DNA of 64,000 nucleotides. It comes from Eledone cirrhosa (lineage: Eukaryota). Where the stretch lies: the NCBI GenBank assembly GCA_964016885.1, contig OZ024742.1:125178001-125242000 (forward strand), in the 5' to 3' direction. The notes below the pieces were generated by a model that saw nothing but the letters and a program-made list of their open reading frames with translations, had not been told where the DNA came from and searched no databases. Every line of letters begins with the position of its first letter. Positions within the stretch are counted from its first letter, which is position 1. The translations under genes were made by a program, and so were the position numbers. Of the stretch, positions 50,001 through 60,023 are shown piece after piece.

Positions 50001-51698
50001 CTTGAAAGCATTGCCTTCGCTGCCGGTCACGTCCAGCACCACCGACTTACTTTCTGGGTCTAGGAAGATGGCCTGTATGGCGAGATCCAAGCCTCTCCGA
50101 AAAAAGGACGGCAACCCCTCCCCCGATCCTGGACGGCTGGGAGATGCGTATACATGGTAGCAGCCGAAGATCGGTGCGAAGGCTTGTGCTTCAGAGATTC
50201 TGGTCTCACTGATGGCCACCACATCTATGTTTAGTGACCTGAGGTCGTTGAGCAGGTAACCCTGCTTCCAAGATGACCCCAGGCCACGTGCATTTATACT
50301 GCCTATTCTGAGTACGGCCATGTTGGATGAGAAACGAGAAACGAGGCAAGTGAGAAAGGGTCACTTACCTTGATCGTGTGGTGAAGGCACAGTAGAACCG
50401 TCCCTTTCGCTGGTCATGGGTGTTTCCAAGAGGATGTCAGTGTATATTCTCTTGGTAACCGACCCTCTGAAGTCTCCAACTGCGTTGGGGAATTTTTGTT
50501 CTAAAGGTTTGTACTGTTCTATTGAGATTTCAATGAGGCTTATGTTTGTCGGGAGAGTTCTTCATGTTGGTGGGGTGTAGTAGTTTTTTTCTGTGATGTC
50601 TGCGTGCTGCTTTATATATTGTATGAGTTCTTTAGTTGCCATGTTTATGGCTGTGTACATTTTGGGAGGAGGGTTGATTTTGGTGCTGTTTTTTTCTTGT
50701 TGCTGTTTGGTGTGTGTGTTTTGTTTTGTTTGCGTTGTTGGTGTGTTTGGTGATGCTGGTGGTGGTGTGGTTGTTGTTGGCGGTGGTGCTTGTGGTGGTG
50801 ATGGTGATGGTGGTGGTGTTGCTGCAAGTTTCCTTGCTGCCTTTACCCCTCTTTGTGTGCCTTCGCTTTTGGCGGGTGAATCTAAGGGGTATTTTCTTTT
50901 TTGTTTTTTTGTGGCAGACCCTTTTCCACTTCACTCCCGCCTCAAACTCGATGTCGAATTCCGTAGGGTCTGGGAGGGGTATGTGCTCCACGGCTGTTGG
51001 TGGTGGTAGTGGAGCCCTCTACGGCAATTTTGTTGCTGGTGTAGCTACTTCAAATGTATTGGTGTTGCCGCCACTGATGCTGCTGCTTTAGTTGTCCGTG
51101 GCCTTGGTACGGGTGCCACGGACGTTGCCCTACTACTCACCGTGGAAGGGGCTTCTGCGTTTGTTGCCTGCTCTGTTCTTGGTAGCAGCGGACCATGTAT
51201 TGGAAGGAGAGGGGCCTTCTTCTTCGCTGTCTTCTGCGGGCAAAGATCCCTGAGGTGACCCTTCGACCTACAGAGATAACATTTTGGCCGTCTCCCTTCT
51301 ACGATTATAGGGAGTTGGAGCCCTTCCTCGATGTCTATGATATCGGGGATAGCGTCGATACACTCCTGGTCAGTTTGTATAAGCATTTGCATGCCCATAC
51401 CTGACCAGTTCTCTCTCCCTATTTTCTATACTTGCAGCATGGTCGTCCTGTCCTCGATTCCAGCAAGGACAGACGCGGCCAGCCAAGGTATGGGGACGCC
51501 GTGTAGGAGCTGGGTCACTTTGACCCTCACAATTTTCTGTCCGCAGTAGGAGGGCACCAAGACTATCTCATCACTCTTTAGGGTTTCCAAAGAGTGAGAC
51601 TTTGCTTCCTGGGGGTGGCGAAAAGTACGTCTACTGTGGCGTACTTTCTGCCTCGGGTTATGTGGGGGTTTTTTTGCGTGCCCAGACGCACCCCAAGG
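47036..51698 (-). mobile_element. L1/Tx1 family B, degenerate and 5'-truncated within ORF1
   Basis: MAVLRIGSINARGLG.., KSPGLDGLPYE, CYLCRSKGHLRDLC; multiple indels. Confidence 0.9.
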
Positions 51699-51906
51699 TA
51701 CGAATACAAAAGATAGTACTAATGGGAACTGCCCATATACTAAGAAAGACTCTTTCAATATAAGTACATCATAAGTATAAACACCTAAAGATGCATGTGT
51801 GTGTATGTATGTTCTTTCTTGAACATGGCGAACCTTATTGTCTCTTGAGGTCACTGGTTGTGACTTGGTGATAACACGTATGAACATAAAGTAAGATAAA
51901 TGCAAC
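51699..51906 (+). mobile_element. Dong family A 3' fragment
   Basis: IQKIVLMGTAHILRK plus 3' UTR matching 3587-3785 in reverse; followed by (TAA)n to 51979. Confidence 0.88.
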
Positions 51907-51914
51907 TGTAATAA

Positions 51915-51980
<66 letters not shown>

Positions 51981-52146
51981 GAAGAAGAAGACGCACGAGG
52001 TGACGGAGGTCATGAAATCGCTCCCGTAAGTTTTGAATTTTTAACATATTTAAATCATTTGTGAAATAACAACTCTTAGTACAAATGCTACGTAAAGCAC
52101 CCGGCTTGAGCCCCAAAAAATTCGGACCCAAAATATATTGTTATAA

Positions 52147-52791
52147 GGCTCAAATATTCAAATATTCAACTTTGTATTGTACACTGTATATCCAAAAAAA
52201 AATGGCTATAAATGGAAGAAGAAGAACCCCCCCCCCCTCCTCTCCTCTGGCTACACTATATAGGACAGCTAAACTCACCAACACCAGAAACTAGATACAC
52301 CGCCCACCCCATCATCTGTGTACACTAAACACAACAGCATTTTCACCTTCACCGCCACCGCTCACTACGGCCATCATTACCACCACTATCCCATCACCGC
52401 CGCCACCACCCCTTGACTCCTTCACTGCTGCTGCCACCGCTACAGCACCATCACTACAGTAATACGGCTCAAATATTCAAATATTCAACTTTGTATTGTA
52501 CACTGTATATCCAAAAAAAAAAAATAAAATGGCTATAAATGGAAGAAGAAGAACCCCCCCCCCTCCTCTCCTCTGGCTACACTATATAGGACAGCGAAAC
52601 TCACCAACACCAGAAACTAGATACACCACCCACCCCATCATCTGTGTACACTAAACACAACAGCATTTTCACCTTCACCGCCACCGCTCACTACGGCCAT
52701 CATTACCACCACTATCCCATCACCGCCGCCACCACCCCCTGACTCCTTCACTGCTGCTGCCACCGCTACAGCACCATCACTACAGTAATAC
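52147..52791. repeat. Direct tandem duplication of a roughly 320-bp unit
   Basis: Units 52147-52465 and 52466-52791 are nearly identical. Confidence 0.92.
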
Positions 52792-53239
52792 GGTCGCATC
52801 ACCGCCACCACTGCCTCGGTATCGACATCACCGCCACCACTGTCTCAGTATCGCCAACGCCGCTAGTCTCTGCTGGCTACCACTTCCACATTATAGAATT
52901 CCTACTACTAACAAAGAGGAAGGCATCAAAATATATAGATAGACTCAAAAGAAAAAAGAAAAAACAAACAACAAAAGCAGCACAGCAACAACAGTAAAAA
53001 ACGAGAAAAACAGAGAAAAACAAAAACAAAAAAAGAAACCCCAAAAACGTAAAGAAAATAAGAATGAAGAGAGAAGCAGGCGGACGGACAGAGAAGAGGG
53101 GGGGAAAAGTAAAACTTAAAAAACAAAAACTAAGTCAGACATTCGAATACTACATTACAATGAAACTTATGCTTACTCATTTTTGGGGCCCTTTCTGCCC
53201 GTGTGTTTGTTTGTTTATGTGTGTCCGTATACAGCGTGG

Positions 53240-56200
53240 TGATAATGCCACACAAGGGCCAAGTGGGATGGCGGATCCACAGATGGCTATGTAAACATAC
53301 ATTCGCCAATCCTCGATAAGAGTGTTTAAATATCGAACATAAACAGTTCGAATAACGGTGAAATGGAGACTAGAACGTCATGTGACAGACTCTCACCCAA
53401 CAGGTGCCCCCTGGCTCAGCAGCAGGAACCTGACTGTCAACGAAATACTGCTGATGTTGGAGGAAGAAGAAGAAGGAAAGGGGCCAGAACCAACTGGACG
53501 AAAAAATTGAATAGAACTGTTATGCAATGCTACCTGAAAAGTAACCCCAAGGAGAGGGGCTACAGGAGACGGATGCATAACATCTGGAACGAGATTGGTT
53601 TATTTAAATTAGATGAACAAAAATTGGCCGGGCAGGCTCGGGTAATAAGAACTAATGGGTGGATAAGCGAGCTGGAACTGGAGGAACTGAGCAGAGAGAA
53701 TGGCTTGGAGATGGCGGGTGTAGTATGCCAGACAAGCGAGCCGGCGGGAAATGAAGGTGAGGAGGTCCTGAGAGCGGAGGAACCACCCGAAGCAGACAAT
53801 GATCTGAATACTGAGATAAATAATACCTGGAACAGAGATACGGCCACTGAGGAGATGAATGCTGACGGGCTAGGACAAGTGTCGGTTGACATCCTAAATT
53901 TAGTGGTAGATGAGTTGAACAATGATAGTGGGAGACCTATGAACCTAAGATTTGTAGACAGGAAAAAGTTAAAAGAAACAACAGCTAGGGTAAACAAAGT
54001 CATCCCATACCTTGAGGCGAGGAGTCTTCACCAGTGCAACAATATCCTCAAAGCAACAGCAAATACGGTGAGGAAACTACTTGGTATAAAAGCGAGAGGA
54101 AACAACAGACAAGAAAGAGCAGAGCCGTGGTGGAAGAAGCGACTGAGTGGGCAAATCGGGGAAATGAGAAATGACATAGGAAAGCTTGAGTCACTACTGA
54201 ATGGGACACTAAAAAACATAGGCACTAAAAATAGACTGGAAATAAAATACAAAACTAGGAGTAAAAAGCTAAATATTATCATAGAGGAATTGAAGCAACG
54301 CATTGTAGCAAAGAGTGCCAAAATCAGGCGATACGAGAACAGAGTCAGTCAGTATAAACAGAACCGCATGTTCGACAACAACCAGAAGATGCTGTTTGGA
54401 CAGCTTGAGGGGAAAGAAAGAGGCACCGACTTGATCCCTGGGGCGGAACAAGCTAAAACATTCTGGAGAGGAATATGGGAGCAGGATGTTAGACACAATG
54501 CCCAGGCAGGGTGGATTGAGACAGTACAGAGGGAGATCGGTGAGCAGGCACAGCAACAGACTGATTTGAGTATCACAGTTGAAACTCTTAAGGGGCAAGC
54601 CAAAAAACTAACCAACTGGAAATCACCAGGCCCAGATGGTGTGCAGGGGTATTGGATTAAACATTTAACATCCCTCCACCCGAAGCTGACGGCCATGTTC
54701 AATGACTGCTTGGTGTCGGGTGAGGTGCCAGAGTGGTTGACAAAAGGTACCACAGTTCTGATAATGAAAGACCGAATCAAGGGTAATGATGTTACCAACT
54801 ATAGACCTATCACATGTCTGCCCGTAATGTGGAAACTGTTGACGAGCATTGTGTCTGAGGAAATCTACCATCACCTCCACACAAACAACTTGTTGCCGGA
54901 CGAACAGAAAGGATGCCGAAAGAAGTCACGTGGTACAAAGGACCAGTTGCTTATTGATAAGATGGTAATGGGGAATTGCAGGAGGAGACACACTGATCTT
55001 GCCATGGGATGGATAGACTACAGAAAGGCATTTGACATGGTGCCTCATTCCTGGATCACCAAAAGCCTGGAGATCTTCAGGGTGGCAGATAACATCAGAC
55101 AGTTGCTGGGCAGGAGTATGGGGTCCTGGGAGACAGAGTTGACATCAACTGGAGTATCCTTGGGAAGCGTGAAGATCAAGAGAGGTATCTTCCAGGGAGA
55201 TAGCCTGTCCCCTCTGTTGTTTGTCCTTGCCCTGATGCCCTTGACCATTATGCTGCGAAAAGTGAGAGCAGGATACAAGTTGGGAAGGGGAGAGCTTACC
55301 ATCAATCACCTCCTCTTCATGGACGATCTTAAGCTCTTCGGGAAAAGTGAGAAGGAGTTGGGTGTGCTTGTTGACACTGTCCGTATTTTCAGCAGTGATA
55401 TATGTATGCAGTTTGGTATTGGTAAATGTGGAGTCATTGTGATGAGGAGGGGTAGGTTGAGCAGAAGTAACGGGATCCAGATACCAACAGGTGAGATGAT
55501 AAAGGAAATTGACTCTGAGGAAGGATACAAGTATTTGGGCGTTCTGGAGGCTGATGGCATAAAGAACAAAAAAATGAAGGAATTGTTAAGAACTGAATAC
55601 ATTCGGAGAGTAAGGAGCGTATTGAAGTCACATCTGAACAGCAGAAATGCCATAAGCGCAGTAAATTCCCGAGCTGTGTCTATTATTAGGTACAGTGCGG
55701 GAATTCTGAGATGGAATGTTGCTGAACAAAAAGAAATGGATAGGAAGACTAGGAAGCTATTGACTATCTACAACATGTTCCACAAGAGGAGTGATGTCGA
55801 TAGACTCTACCTAAGGAGATCTGAGGGTGGAAGAGGTCTTATCAGCATAGAGGACTGTGTTCAGATGGAGAAAAACAACCTATACAAATACGTGACCTAT
55901 AGTAAGGAGCCAATGCTCAGAGCTGTACTGAAGGAGGGGACAGTAGGCCAGGGGATACCCAAGGAGGAAATAACATCAAGGAGGAAGAGCAGCCTTAAGG
56001 GAAAATCCCTTCATAGTACCTTCTTTGAGAAAACTGAATTTAGAGATCCACAGACATGGAACTGGTTGAGAAGAGGAGACCTCAAAAAGGCTACAGAAGG
56101 AATGCTAATGGCTGCGCAGGAGCAGGCCCTCAAAACGAAGTGGTTGAAGCACCATATCTACAAGGAGGAGGCTAGCCCACTGTGCAGGATCTGTGGAGAG

Positions 56201-56830
56201 AGAGAGGAGACTGTGGCTCACATTGTGTCCGAGTGTAAACACCTAGCCCAGACCCACTATAAGGGCTGGAGACACGATGTGATGGGCAGGGTGATCCACT
56301 GGCACCTGTGCAAAGTAAACAATCTACCACATTCTGAGAAATGGTATGAGCATAGGCCAGAGGCGGTGATGGAGAACAGTCAGGTGAAGGTGCTGTGGGA
56401 TTTTAGGATACAGACGGACAAAAAACTGGAACACAATAGACCTGACCTGGTGGTTGTGGACAAAGAAAAAAGATCGTGCCTGATTGTGGATGTGGCCTGC
56501 CCGTTCGACACGAGAGTGCAAGAGAAGGAGAGGGAGAAAATTAACCGATACCAGGACCTAAAGTGGGAGGTGAAAAGGATTTGGAACTGCCATGAAGTCA
56601 AAGTGATCCCGATTGTCATAGGCGCACTGGGGACTATCTCCAAAGGTTTCCAGGGATGGTTAAAGAAAATCGGCCCCTTCACGCTTTTTGGAACGCTTCA
56701 AAAGGCATGCTTGCTTGGAACGGCAAGAACCCTCCGATACGTCCTGAATATCTGAGGCTGCAGGTAGTGGCTTGATATTCAATCCAACGGACTTTCCAGT
56801 TAACCAACATCAATGACTGAGATTCAAGGA
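53240..56830 (+). mobile_element. R4/Dong-clade retrotransposon family B, full-length ORF
   Basis: Single long ORF, short 3' UTR, (TAA/CAA)n tail 56831-56858; 5' boundary approximate. Confidence 0.93.
53363..56755 (+). CDS. RT plus CCHC plus restriction-like endonuclease polyprotein (1130 aa), intact
   Basis: WKSPGPDG, YRPITCL, GIFQGDSLSP, FMDD, CRICGEREETVAHIVSEC, RHD, RPDLVV..D, EKINRY. Confidence 0.95.
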   Translation: METRTSCDRLSPNRCPLAQQQEPDCQRNTADVGGRRRRKGARTNWTKKLNRTVMQCYLKSNPKERGYRRRMHNIWNEIGLFKLDEQKLAGQARVIRTNGWISELELEELSRENGLEMAGVVCQTSEPAGNEGEEVLRAEEPPEADNDLNTEINNTWNRDTATEEMNADGLGQVSVDILNLVVDELNNDSGRPMNLRFVDRKKLKETTARVNKVIPYLEARSLHQCNNILKATANTVRKLLGIKARGNNRQERAEPWWKKRLSGQIGEMRNDIGKLESLLNGTLKNIGTKNRLEIKYKTRSKKLNIIIEELKQRIVAKSAKIRRYENRVSQYKQNRMFDNNQKMLFGQLEGKERGTDLIPGAEQAKTFWRGIWEQDVRHNAQAGWIETVQREIGEQAQQQTDLSITVETLKGQAKKLTNWKSPGPDGVQGYWIKHLTSLHPKLTAMFNDCLVSGEVPEWLTKGTTVLIMKDRIKGNDVTNYRPITCLPVMWKLLTSIVSEEIYHHLHTNNLLPDEQKGCRKKSRGTKDQLLIDKMVMGNCRRRHTDLAMGWIDYRKAFDMVPHSWITKSLEIFRVADNIRQLLGRSMGSWETELTSTGVSLGSVKIKRGIFQGDSLSPLLFVLALMPLTIMLRKVRAGYKLGRGELTINHLLFMDDLKLFGKSEKELGVLVDTVRIFSSDICMQFGIGKCGVIVMRRGRLSRSNGIQIPTGEMIKEIDSEEGYKYLGVLEADGIKNKKMKELLRTEYIRRVRSVLKSHLNSRNAISAVNSRAVSIIRYSAGILRWNVAEQKEMDRKTRKLLTIYNMFHKRSDVDRLYLRRSEGGRGLISIEDCVQMEKNNLYKYVTYSKEPMLRAVLKEGTVGQGIPKEEITSRRKSSLKGKSLHSTFFEKTEFRDPQTWNWLRRGDLKKATEGMLMAAQEQALKTKWLKHHIYKEEASPLCRICGEREETVAHIVSECKHLAQTHYKGWRHDVMGRVIHWHLCKVNNLPHSEKWYEHRPEAVMENSQVKVLWDFRIQTDKKLEHNRPDLVVVDKEKRSCLIVDVACPFDTRVQEKEREKINRYQDLKWEVKRIWNCHEVKVIPIVIGALGTISKGFQGWLKKIGPFTLFGTLQKACLLGTARTLRYVLNI

Positions 56831-56858
56831 ATAACAATAACAATAATAATAATAATAA

Positions 56859-57455
56859 AGAGGAGACCTCAAAAAGGCTACAGAAGGAATGCTAATGGCT
56901 GCGCAGGAGCAGGCCCTCAAAACGAAGTGGTTGAAGCACCATATCTACAAGGAGGAGGCTAGCCCACTGTGCAGGATCTGTGGAGAGAGAGAGGAGACTG
57001 TGGCTCACATTGTGTCCGAGTGTAAACACCTAGCCCAGACCCACTATAAGGGCTGGAGACACGATGTGATGGGCAGGGTGATCCACTGGCACCTGTGCAA
57101 AGTAAACAATTTACCATATTCTGAGAAATGGTATGAGCATAGGCCAGAGGCGGTGATGGAGAACAATCAGGTGAAGGTGCTGTGGGATTTTAGGATACAG
57201 ACGGACAAAAAACTGGAACACAATAGACCTGACCTGGTGGTTGTGGACAAAGAAAAAAGATCGTGCCTGATTGTGGATGTGGCCTGCCCGTTCGACACGA
57301 GAGTGCAAGAGAAGGAGAGGGAGAAAATTAACCGATACCAGGACCTAAAGTGGGAGGTGAAAAGGATTTGGAACTGCCATGAAGTCAAAGTGATCCCGAT
57401 TGTCATAGGCGCACTGGGGACTATCTCCAAAAGTTTCCAGGGATGGTTAAAGAAA
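56859..57455 (+). mobile_element. Dong family B 3' fragment in tandem after copy 1
   Basis: Near-identical to about 56071-56666; begins directly after the (TAA)n tail. Confidence 0.92.
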
Positions 57456-57460
57456 TGGTT

Positions 57461-60023
57461 AAATAAAGAAATGAATGAGAATGAACTTGCCAACTTGAAG
57501 GATGAAATTATGATCGAATGGATGAAAATGAAAGAATCTGACATGGGGGAACGAGACACTCTCCCTAAGATCGAGAATTCCAAACAGAAATAAAAGATAA
57601 TACACAAGACTAACATAATTCTCAAAAACATTATCATCACAAACAAACTAAACATTACTGATCTAAATCATCTCTATTATGCATCGGCTAAATTCACCAC
57701 TCACTTTTGTGGAGTGAAAATGAAAAAACGAAGGAATTCCCACAATTTTAACAAACTACAAAGTAGGTGAACATGTTAAACAAACTAAACTTAGAAAATT
57801 GAAAAGAAAATACAGTATAAAATCAACAAGTGACATAGACATGCTCATAGAAATAATCAAGCAAAATGTGTCGGCCAAAGTTGCTCGTATAAGGCACTTT
57901 GAAAAACGATCTAGATTCTATAAGGACAATAATATGTTCAAAAACAACCAAAGAAACTTCTACAGAAAAATTAGCAAGTCAACAATAACTGCTAAATCAA
58001 TACCACCCAAGGAGGAAGTGCAAGAATTCTGGGAAAAGATATGGGCCGAAGAAAAAGTTCATAATATACATGCCCCATGGATAGACAGACAAATGAAAGA
58101 TACAGCTCACCTTGAGGAACAAACATTGGAAAATATAACAGTTGAACAGTTGCGTTTGGCTCTTAGAAAAACCAGCAAATGGAAATCCCCAGGAAAAGAC
58201 AAAATACCAATGTTTTGGATAAATGCCTTCACAGAGTCTCATGAGCTGTTAGCCCAACTTTACAATGAAATGGTTAAGGAGCCAGAAAAGATACAATCAT
58301 GGCTAGTTAACGGCATTACATTCCTACTTCCGAAGTATGATGAGACAAACAATCCCAAAAATTACCGACCGATAACTTGCTTGACCACAATGTATAAAAT
58401 TTTAACAACAGTCCTAACTGAATATACATATGACCACCTGATAACAAATGATCTATTTCCCAATGAGCAGAAAGGGTGTAAACGAGGCTCATATGGCTGT
58501 AAAGATCAGCTTTTAGTTAACAAAATGATACTGGAAGATTGTCATAATAGACACAAAAATCTAACCAAGCATTTGATTCCACAAAAGCATTCGATAGTTT
58601 GCCACACAGTTGGATTGAAAAGTGTTTAGAGATTTTCGAAATATCTCCCGGAGGAACGTGATAAGAGAAACCTACAAATATCAGGTGTTTATGAAGGAGA
58701 CGGAATCAAGCACTCGACAATGAGGGAAAGGATAAGGAAGGAATGTTACCGAAAAGTAAGAGCAATCTTAAGAACGGAATTGAATGCAAGGAATAGGGTC
58801 GATGCCATAAACACGCTTGCCATACCAGTAGTAACCTACAGTTACAATGTCATCAACTGGTCAAGCACAGAGATCTGTAGGCTCGATACAAAAATTAGAA
58901 ATTCTTAACCATACACAAGGCAGATACAGATAGAATATATCTCCCTAGAAAAGAAAGAGGACGTAGATTAATCCAGTTAGATATTGCTTTGAAAACTGCA
59001 ACAATTGGATTATCTCCATATCTAAGGGCGGTGGATTGGCAGTATCGGTAGAATGTCGGACGCCATGCTTTCCAGCATAGTTACGTCCCTTTACAATCTG
59101 AGTTCAAATCCCGCCGAGGTTGACCTTGCCTTTCATCCTTACGGGGTCGATAAAATAAAGTACCAGTAATGCACTGGATAATTGCTGGCCTTGTGCCTAA
59201 TGTAGAAACAATTAACTACATATCTAAGGGAATCACATGATTGGATGATCAAACTCGTTTTGAAACACGAAAGCATCAAAAGATCATACTCTAATACAAA
59301 AGATGCTCAAAGATACAGTAATGAACTACAAATTTCAGAAGTTCCATTTACTGCTGAAATGAAAAACTCAGAAAAAGCAAAGCAGGTAAAAGTAACTGCA
59401 AAGAAAGAACTGCTACAGAAACTGTCTAAGAAATGGCATGAAAAGCCTCTGTATGAAAAATACCCAGAAAGAGCTAGCAATCCTGATGTTGACAAAACTT
59501 TAACCCATCTGGACTGAAATCGGAGACTGAAGCACTGATTATTCAGCACAAGATCAAAAAATTATCAAGCCAACATAATAACAGATGGATGCAACACATT
59601 ATGCCGTGTATGTAAAAAACCAACCAACGACCATTGATTATTTCAATGTGCCGTCCTATAGCTCCAACCAAATACCTAAACAGGCATGACAGAGCTGCAC
59701 AATACATACATTGGATAATGGGTAAGCATTTTGACCTGCTCCATCAAAAGAATTGGTGGGAGCATCAACCACCTCCCTTACTTGAACAAGATCACATCTC
59801 AATCTTGTGGAACTTTAGCATCCAAACAGAACGAAAAATAGATGCAAATAGACCTGATATAATACTGAAGGACTTTAAAAATAGGGTATGCCTTCTAATT
59901 GATATGTCCGTTCCAATAGACAAGAATGTATCTATGAAAACATTTGAAAAATTGAGCAAGTATAAAGACCCGGAGATAGAAATTGAAAAAATATGGAAGT
60001 TGAGAACTAAAACAATACCAGTC
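57461..60023 (+). mobile_element. Dong family A copy 2, internally deleted and interrupted by a SINE
   Basis: Matches 3870-6660 in reverse; RT core deleted near 58650. Confidence 0.92.
59027..59215 (+). mobile_element. tRNA-derived SINE with 12-bp target-site duplication
   Basis: CATATCTAAGGG at 59017-59028 and 59219-59230. Confidence 0.92.
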
